Below, piece after piece: positions 37,405-46,529 of a stretch of DNA of 64,000 nt. The translations under genes were made by a program, and so were the position numbers. This stretch comes from Treponema sp. UBA1793 (lineage in GTDB: Bacteria; Spirochaetota; Spirochaetia; Treponematales; Treponemataceae). Below the pieces are notes generated by a model. The model was not told the origin of the DNA and made no database searches. It saw nothing but the letters and a program-made list of their open reading frames with translations. The stretch is taken from contig DCFX01000097.1 in the NCBI GenBank assembly GCA_002314445.1, forward strand, positions 39,566 to 103,565. Reading direction: 5' to 3'. Positions within the stretch are counted from its first letter, which is position 1. Each line of letters opens with the position of its first letter.

Positions 37405-37498
37405 TGTATATCCTCCTGAATACGAGTGTATCACAGAGAGGACTGCATTTCATTGACTAAAGGTAAGAAATGGAGGATATGAGGAACGGACAGTCGTC

Positions 37499-38287
37499 TC
37501 AGCAGCTTGCACTTGAATATCGCCTCAAGGCTCGTTTCCATATGAACAGGGCGATTCCGAAAAATATCGGAATCGCTGCAAGCGCGTACAGAATATAAGA
37601 CAGCGGAAGAATTTTGAAGACGAACATCGGCGCGAAATTAGTAATGATGAAAATGGGAATAATAAATACACCTGCAAGCTGTACCGTACGGTTGTAAATT
37701 GTCATAGGCATGTTGTTAAAATCCCACAGCGCCCAGATACTGTCCATAAGGGAATCTGATTTAATTGTCCAGAATGATACGAGAACGGGGATGAGGAGAA
37801 CGGGATATGTCAGTATGCATCCGATAATCGTAAAGAAAAGATATCCGAGTATATTCCAGGCAGTAAAAGGAACGCCGCATTTTACCCATGAAATTACTAT
37901 CATGGTAATACCTGCTGCATAATTTGGAATTCCGAGGCCGAGATCGAATTTTCTGAACGAAATCATGAACAGCGAATTGACCGGTTTTGTTAAATACATA
38001 TCAAGCTCTGCCATGCGCACGTATTCGGGAATGGACGCGATGTTCGGATAATAAACCGAATCCATAATGCCCGTGATTAACGTGTATGAGCCTATAAACA
38101 TGAGCATCTGCTCAGGCGTAAGTCCGTTTATGGTGAGCCCTGCCGTGAACAGGACGATGACGTACAATGACTTTGCAAAAACAAACGCAACTTCCGTACA
38201 CATGGCGATGATGAAATTTGTTTTGAATTCCATCTGTGCAATCAAACTGTTTTTTACAAAATGTCCGTATAATGAAAGATATTTCAT
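37499..38287 (-). CDS. ABC-2 family transporter permease
   Basis: 262 aa, 6 TM, last gene of the ATPase-permease-permease operon. Confidence 0.75.
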   Translation of the reverse strand: MKYLSLYGHFVKNSLIAQMEFKTNFIIAMCTEVAFVFAKSLYVIVLFTAGLTINGLTPEQMLMFIGSYTLITGIMDSVYYPNIASIPEYVRMAELDMYLTKPVNSLFMISFRKFDLGLGIPNYAAGITMIVISWVKCGVPFTAWNILGYLFFTIIGCILTYPVLLIPVLVSFWTIKSDSLMDSIWALWDFNNMPMTIYNRTVQLAGVFIIPIFIITNFAPMFVFKILPLSYILYALAAIPIFFGIALFIWKRALRRYSSASC

Positions 38288-38288
38288 A

Positions 38289-39089
38289 TCAGCCTCCGAC
38301 GGCGGAATAGTTTTTCATTCCTGCTTTCCAAATCAGTTCTCCCAGTCCCCAGCATACGGCTATCCAGATAAGCTGTAATGCAATTCCGTTAAGTATCTGC
38401 AGGGGCTGCGCCGTTCCGCAGAGAATGGAAACGGAAAAATAATTTGTATACGAGAACGGAAGTATTCTAAAAAATATCTGCATGGTGTGCGGGAAAATAT
38501 CAAGCGGAAAAATTCCGCCGCTTATGATATTTCCGACGAGGGAAATGATGAACAACACTCCCGACGATTCGCGCATCCAGAATCCCAGCCCGCTTACTGC
38601 ATAAAAAATTGAAAAGTTCAGTACGAGCGCCAGACAGACGACCGGCAGAAAAATAACAAAACGAATCATGTTTATTGTGTGGTACACAATATATCCGCCT
38701 GCTATGTATATAATAAGCAGCAGAAATATGGAGCAGAGGATAAGGCTCGTTTTTTCTCCGAGGAATTCAAAGAACCGGTATAGTTTGTAATTAACGGGAC
38801 GTACGATGTATTTTGCCAGTCCGCCGTTTTTTATGTCTTCATTTATTTCATAAGCGAAACCTGGAGATATGATTTTCGCAAGGAGACAGGCAAAACACGC
38901 ATACATAATCATCTGCGGAAATGTGTAGCCGTACAGCACTCCGCCGGCAGCAGACGCATACATTCCTTTCCACAGAAAAATTTGTATAAACAGCGGAAAG
39001 AAAATGCTTGTAAGCCCGAAGTAAAAATTTGCACGGTACTGAAAGGCTTTCATGAGCCCGAGCCGGAATACCTGTTTATATGCTTCCAT
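38289..39089 (-). CDS. ABC-2 family transporter permease
   Basis: Start taken at MEAYKQVF, which overlaps the ATPase stop by 14 nt. 6 TM. Confidence 0.75.
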   Translation of the reverse strand: MEAYKQVFRLGLMKAFQYRANFYFGLTSIFFPLFIQIFLWKGMYASAAGGVLYGYTFPQMIMYACFACLLAKIISPGFAYEINEDIKNGGLAKYIVRPVNYKLYRFFEFLGEKTSLILCSIFLLLIIYIAGGYIVYHTINMIRFVIFLPVVCLALVLNFSIFYAVSGLGFWMRESSGVLFIISLVGNIISGGIFPLDIFPHTMQIFFRILPFSYTNYFSVSILCGTAQPLQILNGIALQLIWIAVCWGLGELIWKAGMKNYSAVGG

Positions 39090-40056
39090 CTGTGCCTTTC
39101 CCCGTTGTGTACAGCATTCCGAGGCTTTCTTCCAGAGGCACATCCTCAACGGAAAAATCCTTTATGTCGTACGTATTCAGCAGACTGCTCACAACCGCAT
39201 TTGTCTGTCCCTTATCCGCTTCCAGCACGGTCGTCCCGTTTTCCGAGGAACGTATTTTCCATTGCTCCGAAGGACTAACCGCATCAAGCGTCTGTATTTT
39301 AATAATTTTTTTGTTTGCAAGCCTGCTGTTTACCGCGTCGATTGCTCCGTCGTACACAATCGAGCCGTGATTGATTACGATTGTACGCCTGCACAGCGCC
39401 TCAATGTCTTCCAGATAATGGCTTGTAAGCATCATCGTGATTTTTTCCTGTTGATTGTAATACTTGAGGAATTCGCGGATGTTTTTCTGTGCAAAAATAT
39501 CAAGGCCGATTGTCGGCTCGTCAAGAAACAGGACTTTCGGTTTGTGCAGCAGTGCGGCGGCAAGTTCCATTTTCATGCGTTCACCGAGGGACAGATTCCT
39601 CACCTGCACTTCAAGCAGCTGCTTTATGTCCAGCAGTTCCGTCAGTTCGTCGAGCGTTTTCGTATACTGGGCGTCGTCGATGTTGTAAATGCATTTATTC
39701 AGAAAGAGCGATTCGTTCGCGGGAAGGTCCCACCACAATTGATTTTTCTGGCCGAGTACAATCGAAATCTGCCGCTTGAACTCATTCTTTCCATCCCAGG
39801 GTGTGTATCCCAGAATATCGGCAGAACCTGCAGAGGGATACATAATTCCCGAAAGCATTTTTAGCGTTGTCGTTTTTCCCGCACCGTTCGGTCCCAGAAA
39901 GCCGACGATTTCGCCTGTGCCGATTTCAAACGATATTCTGTTGACGGCGGTTTTTGTCTCTGTCGTTCCGCCGAAAAAGTTTCTGATTGATCCTTTGAGT
40001 CCAAGTTCCTTTTTTTTGTAGACAAATGATTTTTCAAGTCCTGTGACGCGTATCAT
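39076..40056 (-). CDS. ABC transporter ATP-binding protein (ABC-2 type with C-terminal accessory domain)
   Basis: Walker A GPNGAGKTT, signature LSLGERMK, Walker B VLFLDEPTIGLD, H-loop TSHY. Confidence 0.9.
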   Translation of the reverse strand: MIRVTGLEKSFVYKKKELGLKGSIRNFFGGTTETKTAVNRISFEIGTGEIVGFLGPNGAGKTTTLKMLSGIMYPSAGSADILGYTPWDGKNEFKRQISIVLGQKNQLWWDLPANESLFLNKCIYNIDDAQYTKTLDELTELLDIKQLLEVQVRNLSLGERMKMELAAALLHKPKVLFLDEPTIGLDIFAQKNIREFLKYYNQQEKITMMLTSHYLEDIEALCRRTIVINHGSIVYDGAIDAVNSRLANKKIIKIQTLDAVSPSEQWKIRSSENGTTVLEADKGQTNAVVSSLLNTYDIKDFSVEDVPLEESLGMLYTTGKGTDGSI

Positions 40057-40108
40057 ACATGCAGTTCCTTTTTTATGGGGAATAGTATAGCATAAATAAG
40101 ATGTGTGA

Positions 40109-41458
40109 TTACACCGTATTTGTCAGATTCTGTACCCATTTATATTTTTTATAGTGAATCAGCACCGCAGGCAGTTTGATGAGTTCGTCCATATTTACGA
40201 CGGCAAAAACTGCAATAACCGGCCAGTGCAGAATGAATGCGGTTATATACCCGAGCGGTACGGTTACAAGCCACATTGTAATACTGTCGCATATGAGCCC
40301 GAATTTTGAATCTCCGCCTGCGCAGAATATTCCGGCCACAAGTGATGTATTAACAGCTTTTCCCGCCATGTAGCATGCGCAGGATATACTCATGCCCTTA
40401 AAATAGTATGCTGCCTGCGTGCTCAGGTCCATCGTCCTGACGATGAACGGAGAGAGAGCAAGCAGAACTAATCCCGTCAGAATGCCGCTTACAACAGAGA
40501 GCCGGAGAAGCGTATCGCCGTCTTTCCTCGCAAGAGAAAGTTCTCCGTTTCCAAGTTCATTTCCGATGATGATGCCGCCGCCGCTTCCGATTCCCATGCA
40601 GAAGCAGACAATCAGGTTTTTAACAATATTTACCAGCGCGTTTGCCGCCACAGCATCGGTCCCGAGATGGCCCATGATTACTGCGTACATGGTAAAACCG
40701 CAGCCCCATACAAGTTCATTGCCGAGAACGGGTGCCGTATACCGCCGGAAACCTGTTGTCAGATTTTTCTCATTTCTGAAGATGTACGCAGGGCGGAAAC
40801 GGATTTTGTTTTTACCCAGCGATTCTCCGACAGTCCAGAACAGCTCTATTCCCCTGCAGAGAACTGTAGCAAGCGCCGCACCTGCAATTCCCATGGCAGG
40901 AAGACCTGCCAGCCCGAAAATAAACAACGCATTGAACAGTATGTTCAGCAATACTGCTGTTGAACTGATGATCATACTCCGTACCGCATGTCCGCTGTTC
41001 TTCATCGCACACAGATAAATCTGCGAAATGCCCGACAGCATATATGATACGCCGACGATTTTCAGATACGTTGAACCCGATTTTATGAGTTCAGCATCGG
41101 AAGTGAATAGTGTCATGAGTGCCCGGGGGAATGCAGTTGATACAATAAAAAAAGCGGCCGATATAATTTCCGAAATAAACATGACATGAGCCGTGATTTT
41201 TTCTACCGCAGTTTTATTTCCGCTTCCCCAGTATTGCGCGACAAGTATTGTCATTCCTATGGTAAGAGCTGCAAGAAACAGGCTGTGGACAAACGTAATC
41301 TGCGACGCAAGTGAAACTGCCGAAAGCGTATTCTGGCTGAGTTTGCCGAGCATGACTGCGTCGGTTGCGCTTACCAGAGAGAGCATAAAATTCTGAAATG
41401 CAATCGGCAGTACAAGACCCGTCAGTTTTTTATAGAACAGTTTCATTACTGGTTTCAC
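40109..41458 (-). CDS. MATE-family efflux transporter
   Basis: 449 aa, 12 TM, typical MATE N-terminus (LPIAFQNFMLSLVSATDAVMLG). Confidence 0.85.
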   Translation of the reverse strand: MKPVMKLFYKKLTGLVLPIAFQNFMLSLVSATDAVMLGKLSQNTLSAVSLASQITFVHSLFLAALTIGMTILVAQYWGSGNKTAVEKITAHVMFISEIISAAFFIVSTAFPRALMTLFTSDAELIKSGSTYLKIVGVSYMLSGISQIYLCAMKNSGHAVRSMIISSTAVLLNILFNALFIFGLAGLPAMGIAGAALATVLCRGIELFWTVGESLGKNKIRFRPAYIFRNEKNLTTGFRRYTAPVLGNELVWGCGFTMYAVIMGHLGTDAVAANALVNIVKNLIVCFCMGIGSGGGIIIGNELGNGELSLARKDGDTLLRLSVVSGILTGLVLLALSPFIVRTMDLSTQAAYYFKGMSISCACYMAGKAVNTSLVAGIFCAGGDSKFGLICDSITMWLVTVPLGYITAFILHWPVIAVFAVVNMDELIKLPAVLIHYKKYKWVQNLTNTV

Positions 41459-42083
41459 CGGTCATTTTTTCGATGTCAGTCCAAGCCTCTTCGTCGAACT
41501 CCCGGTTTTTGTAGTAATATTTTTTGTCTGCCTCTGTTATGGTACGTATAACCCTGCACGGGTTGCCGGCTGCAATAGCATTCTGCGGAATATCTTTTGT
41601 TACGACACTTCCTGCTCCGATGACCGCATTGTCCCCGATTGTCACTCCCGGACAGACGACAGTGTTTCCACCTATCCATACATTGTTTCCTATAACAATC
41701 GGAATGCCGTATTCATATTTCGAATTGCGTGATACAGGATGTACCGGATGGCCTGCCGTATAGATTGCAACGTTCGGCGCAATCTGGACGTTGTCTCCGA
41801 TTGTAACCTGTGCAACGTCGAGTATGACGCAGTTGTAATTGATATACAGATTCTTACCTGCCTTAATATGGAAGCCGTAATCACAGCGGAACGGCGGATT
41901 TATAAAAATGCATTCTCCGCTGTCCGGAATAAGCCGTTTTACTATGCTGCCGAGCAGTTCAAAATCTGAGGAATCGGCGGTATTCAGTTCCTGCACGATT
42001 CTGCGTGTTTCTGCCTGCTGCTTAAAAACAGCATCGTCCGAAATGTAGGGGAGACCTGCGTCTCTGCGTGTTATATTATCCAT
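41430..42083 (-). CDS. maa: Maltose/galactoside O-acetyltransferase (hexapeptide-repeat, Maa/LacA family)
   Basis: N-terminal Mac domain, left-handed beta-helix repeats (IGDNVQIAPNV, IGNNVWIGGNTVVCPGVTIGDNAVIGAGSVV) and AAGNPCRVIR. Confidence 0.85.
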   Translation of the reverse strand: MDNITRRDAGLPYISDDAVFKQQAETRRIVQELNTADSSDFELLGSIVKRLIPDSGECIFINPPFRCDYGFHIKAGKNLYINYNCVILDVAQVTIGDNVQIAPNVAIYTAGHPVHPVSRNSKYEYGIPIVIGNNVWIGGNTVVCPGVTIGDNAVIGAGSVVTKDIPQNAIAAGNPCRVIRTITEADKKYYYKNREFDEEAWTDIEKMTGETSNETVL

Positions 42084-42137
42084 GAGTATCAGTATAATAG
42101 CAGTAACCCGCTGTCCGCTCCCATTTTTGGCGCTGTT

Positions 42138-42155
42138 TCTATAACAATCGGATAT
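42138..42155 (-). promoter_or_regulatory. Shared 18-nt element (minus-strand reading ATATCCGATTGTTATAGA) upstream of maa-MATE
   Basis: 17/18 identical to 44501-44518. Contains an extended -10-like TGTTATAGA. Confidence 0.4.
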
Positions 42156-42185
42156 ATGCGTTTTTTTATACTGAGCGCCTTTCTA

Positions 42186-44411
42186 TCATCCTGTCACTTC
42201 AAAATCTGCATGGAGTTCTGCAAGCGAACTCGATCCGACCCGGACATCGAAAGCTGCCTGTTCCTGAATCCACCGGCCCTCACTGGTACTCCAGTATTGG
42301 AGTTCGTCCGGACCTAGTTTGAAAGCAACTTTTTTTGTTTCTCCCGGTTCAAGAGAGACGCGTTCAAACCCCTTTAATTCTTCCATAGGACGTGAATCCT
42401 TTCCCCATTTCTGGTGAATGTACAGCTGTACGACTTCGTCCCCTGTCATTTTTCCGGTATTCTGTACGTCTGCGGTTACCGTGAGTGAGCCGCCTGTTTT
42501 TATCGTCTTTTCCGACAACGCGATGTTTCCGATTGTAAATGTCGTATAGCTCAGGCCGAAGCCGAACGGATATAACGGAGTAGTCGGGCTGTCCCAGTAG
42601 CGGGAACGGTAATCCGGGCTGCTTTCCGGTGCATGCGTTAATGTCCTGGCGTAATAGAGCGGTGCATGGCCGCTGCTGCGCGGGAAAGTCACCGGCAGTT
42701 TGCCGCCCGGATTTGCATCACCGAACAGAATGTCCGCAACGGCGCTGCCGCCTTCGGAACCTGGTTCCCATGCTTCAAGTATGGCCGGGATATGTTCCGC
42801 AGCCCAGTTGATGCTCAGCGGGCGTCCGTTCAGGAGGACGAGGACGACGGACTTTCCGAGTGCGTAAACAGTTTCCAGCAGTTCTTCCTGACGTCCTGGT
42901 AAATCCAGCGACGCGCAGGAAGCGAATTCTCCGGCCATGTCCGCATTTTCGCCGAGTACCATGACAATCATATCCGCCCTTTCTGCCGTTTCTACAGCCG
43001 TTTTGAACGCTCTTTCAGCTTCCTCCGCCGTCTGAACCGGTTTCTTTTCTGAAGTATCGGACTCGCCGAACGGGTGGGGCGTCTGCCGGTAGATTTCCGG
43101 GCCGGGTGCATACGTCACGACTGCATCCGGCAGTTTGGCTGTAATTCCCTGTAAAACGGTCACTGCCGCAGGTGTATGCCCGAAGACCATCCACGGCCCT
43201 TCAGTCGCTTCCTCTGAATCTGCAAGAGGTCCGATAACTGCTATGTTTTTAAGCTTTTTGGAAAGAGGCAGGAGTCCGGCTTCGTTGCGCAGCAGGATCA
43301 TTGAGCGTACGGCTGCCCTTTTTGCGGTTTTACGCTGGCCGGGCCGTGCTGTTACCCTTTCAAGCAGTGTTTCGTCGGTGTACGGGTGTTCAAAAAGACC
43401 GGACCGTATCTTGAGAGCCAGAACGGGGCGGACCATTTCGTCAAGTTCCTCTTCTGAAATTTCTCCGCTCCGCACCAGATTCGGGATATGCTCAAGATAG
43501 GAGCCTGATGCCATATCTACATTCAGACCGGCTTTGAACGAACGCAGTGCGGCATCTTTTTTATCGCGGGCATGCCCCTGCGTAATAAGGTTTTTAACGG
43601 AAAAGGCATCGCTTACGACAAAGCCGGTGAAATTCCATTCTCCACGCAGTATGTCGTGCAGCAGCCTGCGGTTGGCACAGGCGGGAACGTTGTTCAAATC
43701 CATATACGCGCTCATGAATGTACCGACGCCGGCTTTGAGCGCTGCAAGGAACGGCGGAAAATAGACATTGCGCAGCTGTGTTTCAGGGAGATACACCGGG
43801 TCGTAATCACGTCCTCCGTCTGCTGCTCCGTATCCCGCAAAGTGTTTTGCACATGCGATGATTTGTTCAGAACCGGAGATATCCGTTCCCTGGAATCCTC
43901 TGACCTGGGCGGCAGCCATCGCTGTTCCCAGAAACGGGTCTTCGCCCGCTCCCTCTACAATGCGTCCCCAGCGGGCATCGCGCGCAATGTCGAGCATGGG
44001 TGCAAATGTCCAGAGGAGGCCTGCAGCACGAGCCTCTGCCGCCGCCGCTGCCTGTGACTGTTCCGCAACAGATGGATCCCATGATGAAGCCATAGCGAGC
44101 GGAACGGGAAAAATCGTGTTATATCCGTGGATTACGTCGAGTGCAAAGAGGAGCGGAATGCCGGAAGGACTTTCTTCCACTGCAATACGCTGTAATTCAT
44201 TGATTCGTTTTATATCGTTCAGCCAGAGTACCGAACCAGCCCGTCCTTCCCTGATATAGTTTTCCGGGCTGCCGCTTCCTGTCATCCATGGAGCTCCGCT
44301 GATCTGGGCAAGCTGGCCTGCCTTTTCGTCCAGGCTCATGCATTTTAAAAGTTTTTCGACTTTCTCTGTGACAACAGATGGCTGCGTGCCGTTTTCATCT
44401 TTTTCTTTCAT
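42186..44411 (-). CDS. bglX: GH3 beta-glucosidase (BglX-like)
   Basis: GGGGGAG SD precedes ATG 44411. Nucleophile motif GFVVSDA, plus GH3 N/C domains and a C-terminal Fn3-like domain. Confidence 0.9.
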   Translation of the reverse strand: MKEKDENGTQPSVVTEKVEKLLKCMSLDEKAGQLAQISGAPWMTGSGSPENYIREGRAGSVLWLNDIKRINELQRIAVEESPSGIPLLFALDVIHGYNTIFPVPLAMASSWDPSVAEQSQAAAAAEARAAGLLWTFAPMLDIARDARWGRIVEGAGEDPFLGTAMAAAQVRGFQGTDISGSEQIIACAKHFAGYGAADGGRDYDPVYLPETQLRNVYFPPFLAALKAGVGTFMSAYMDLNNVPACANRRLLHDILRGEWNFTGFVVSDAFSVKNLITQGHARDKKDAALRSFKAGLNVDMASGSYLEHIPNLVRSGEISEEELDEMVRPVLALKIRSGLFEHPYTDETLLERVTARPGQRKTAKRAAVRSMILLRNEAGLLPLSKKLKNIAVIGPLADSEEATEGPWMVFGHTPAAVTVLQGITAKLPDAVVTYAPGPEIYRQTPHPFGESDTSEKKPVQTAEEAERAFKTAVETAERADMIVMVLGENADMAGEFASCASLDLPGRQEELLETVYALGKSVVLVLLNGRPLSINWAAEHIPAILEAWEPGSEGGSAVADILFGDANPGGKLPVTFPRSSGHAPLYYARTLTHAPESSPDYRSRYWDSPTTPLYPFGFGLSYTTFTIGNIALSEKTIKTGGSLTVTADVQNTGKMTGDEVVQLYIHQKWGKDSRPMEELKGFERVSLEPGETKKVAFKLGPDELQYWSTSEGRWIQEQAAFDVRVGSSSLAELHADFEVTG

Positions 44412-44500
44412 TGCTCCCCCTGTAATTCCGCGTGAACGGTACATTCTCATATTACTATAGTACTGTCTGATTTCAGGGCGCTACCAGTTTAGTCGCAAAA

Positions 44501-44518
44501 TCTATAACAATCGTATAT
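44501..44518 (-). promoter_or_regulatory. Shared 18-nt element (minus-strand reading ATATACGATTGTTATAGA) upstream of GH3
   Basis: See 42138-42155. Lies 90 nt upstream of the GH3 start. Confidence 0.4.
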
Positions 44519-44552
44519 TGAAAACAACCGGATACACATCTGCCTGATTACG

Positions 44553-45188
44553 TTATGATGCTGTCGACTGCAGGAGCATGTCCAGCGAATACTGAAAGAG
44601 TTCAGCTGCCGGCATCGGACGATAGACGCTTTTTTTGCCGGTGTCCGCAGATAGATATTTAACAAAATCGGTGAGCACGCAGAGAAAGGCAAATGCCGCT
44701 TTTACCGGATCAAGATCGGCACGCATAGAACCTTCTGCAATTCCTTCCTGCATGGATACCATGATAGTCCGGTAATATTCCATAGTTCTGCTTTCGAATA
44801 CGGATTTCCATGTTCCTTCCGCTGCCGAATCCATAATAGAAAAGGCTCTGCTGACAAACGTCGTTTCAACAGGACTTTCACGGCAGGTCAGGAAAAAATC
44901 CTCACATGATTTTCTCAGCCATTCCAGCGCTGTTGTTGTCCTGTTTTGTTTGTCGGGGAGCGGCGCAAAATCAGTTTTGGAAAGCTGCCGTACAGCTACG
45001 GCGAACAGCAGTTCCTCTTTACTTGAAAAATATTGATAAACGGTCCGCTTTGTAAAACCTGCTGCGCGCGCAATTTCTTCCATGGAGGAAACTTCAAATC
45101 CTTTTTCAAGAAAAAGCCGCTCCGCCGTATCAATAATGCTTTTTTCGCGTGCCTTTCGTTCCATATCCCGTCGTTCTGATGTATCCAA
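44553..45188 (-). CDS. TetR/AcrR-family transcriptional regulator
   Basis: HTH IIDTAERLFLEKGFEVSSMEEIARAAGFTKRTVYQYF. TTG start with GGAGA SD. Confidence 0.85.
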   Translation of the reverse strand: MDTSERRDMERKAREKSIIDTAERLFLEKGFEVSSMEEIARAAGFTKRTVYQYFSSKEELLFAVAVRQLSKTDFAPLPDKQNRTTTALEWLRKSCEDFFLTCRESPVETTFVSRAFSIMDSAAEGTWKSVFESRTMEYYRTIMVSMQEGIAEGSMRADLDPVKAAFAFLCVLTDFVKYLSADTGKKSVYRPMPAAELFQYSLDMLLQSTAS

Positions 45189-45203
45189 ATTGGTCTCCGG
45201 ATG

Positions 45204-45232
45204 TTGACATTAGTGCTTTTTTTATGTATACC
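45204..45232 (+). promoter_or_regulatory. Candidate promoter of the ferredoxin-like operon
   Basis: TTGACA (45204-45209), 17-nt spacer, TATACC (45227-45232). Confidence 0.4.
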
Positions 45233-45269
45233 GAAGTATACTTAGTATACCTTAGTGTATTTAGTATAC
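45226..45269. promoter_or_regulatory. Array of GTATAC palindromic hexamers (candidate TetR operator array)
   Basis: GTATAC at 45226, 45236, 45245 and 45264, with a degenerate GTGTAT at 45255. Spacing is 10/9/10/9 nt. Confidence 0.45.
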
Positions 45270-45293
45270 TCTGATATAATTATAGGAGGTTTA

Positions 45294-46058
45294 ATGACTA
45301 AAATCTACTACTTTTCAGGAAGGGGCGGATCGCTTCATACGGCACGGGAATTAGCCCGGCTGCTTAAAGCTGACAGGCCTGCTGCGATGACTGGTAAACA
45401 CTTTTCCGGGCGCAGTATTCCCGAACAGGCAGATACGGTTGGTTTTGTTTTTCCCGTCATCAACTTCGGGGTGCCCGTTTCCGTCAGGCAGTATCTGTCC
45501 GCTTATCCGGCGGAGAATGTACCACGGTATGTATTTGCCGTTGCGCTGAACATGGGCATGCCGTGTGCAACGCTGACACAGTTTGAAAAAATCCTGCACC
45601 GCCGCGGTATGCAGCTGAATGCAGGATTTACGATTGAGCGGAAAGCGCATGCAGCCGCAGATGAATCGCTGTTTCCTCCGCATATTACTGAAATTGCGGC
45701 AGCTGTAGAGTCATCGGCTGCCGTTGAATGGGAGAGGGGAAGTGTATCCGACAGAATTCTGCTTACGGGGCTGATTAATCCGGTGTCACGTTTATTTATC
45801 GGCGGGGAAGACCGTAAGTTCCGGGTGAGCGGCCAGTGTAATGGCTGCGGAACATGTATGCGTGTCTGCGCAGCGGGTAATATCGTTTTAAAAAACGGCC
45901 GCCCTGTGTGGCTTCATTCCTGCGACCAGTGCGGCGCGTGTTTTACCTGGTGTCCCCGGGAGGCTGTATCCGGTTCCTGCCTTGCAGCCCGTGCACGTCA
46001 TCCCGAAGCAGGGCTATCAGCTGCTGATATGATGATTACCAATGGAGGTGTAAAATGA
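45294..46058 (+). CDS. EFR1-family ferredoxin-like protein (flavodoxin-like N-domain + 2x[4Fe-4S])
   Basis: GGAGG SD. N-terminus KIYYFSGRGGS. C-terminus CNGCGTCMRVC and CDQCGACFTWCP. Confidence 0.7.
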   Translation: MTKIYYFSGRGGSLHTARELARLLKADRPAAMTGKHFSGRSIPEQADTVGFVFPVINFGVPVSVRQYLSAYPAENVPRYVFAVALNMGMPCATLTQFEKILHRRGMQLNAGFTIERKAHAAADESLFPPHITEIAAAVESSAAVEWERGSVSDRILLTGLINPVSRLFIGGEDRKFRVSGQCNGCGTCMRVCAAGNIVLKNGRPVWLHSCDQCGACFTWCPREAVSGSCLAARARHPEAGLSAADMMITNGGVK

Positions 46059-46456
46059 GTAAACTGTCTTTTAGAATTGTTTTGGGCGCAATCTGCGTTC
46101 TCTGTTTTTTTTCGGGCTGGCTCGGGTACCGGTACGGGGCTGTTAATTATTATTACGGACTTCCCGATAATCCTGCCTTTACTCAGGGACTGCTCCTGCT
46201 CGACAGTAATTTCAGATTTTACAACGGTCTGTGGTTCGGAATCGGTTTTATACTGATATGGATGATTATCAATGTTACGAAAAAAACGAATGTCATGTGG
46301 GGATTGTCCGTATTGTTTTTCATGGGAGGAATAGGACGTATAGTATCAATTGTAACATGCGGCAGACCGCCGCTCCTGTATATGCTGTTTCTTCCTCTTG
46401 AAATAGGTTTCCCGCTGCTCGCACTCTGGCAGCGGCATATTTCACTGAAGGTATAA
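46055..46456 (+). CDS. Small integral membrane protein, function unknown
   Basis: 133 aa with about 4 TM helices. ATGA overlap with the upstream gene. Confidence 0.6.
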   Translation: MSKLSFRIVLGAICVLCFFSGWLGYRYGAVNYYYGLPDNPAFTQGLLLLDSNFRFYNGLWFGIGFILIWMIINVTKKTNVMWGLSVLFFMGGIGRIVSIVTCGRPPLLYMLFLPLEIGFPLLALWQRHISLKV

Positions 46457-46529
46457 ACTTTAAAGACAAAAATCATAGTTTCCGGTGCTCCTGTTTATGC
46501 TATTATACTAGTATATTACGGGAGACATT

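Noticed and set aside
39052-39864. 270-aa ORF on the + strand
   Set aside because: It lies entirely antisense to a clear ABC ATPase gene (Walker A/B and signature motifs on the minus strand). It has no recognisable motifs or SD, so it is a shadow ORF.
45275-45280. Perfect TATAAT upstream of the EFR1-like gene
   Set aside because: It lies only 3 nt before the AGGAGG SD. A transcript starting after it would lack the ribosome-binding site, so the TTGACA/TATACC pair upstream is preferred.
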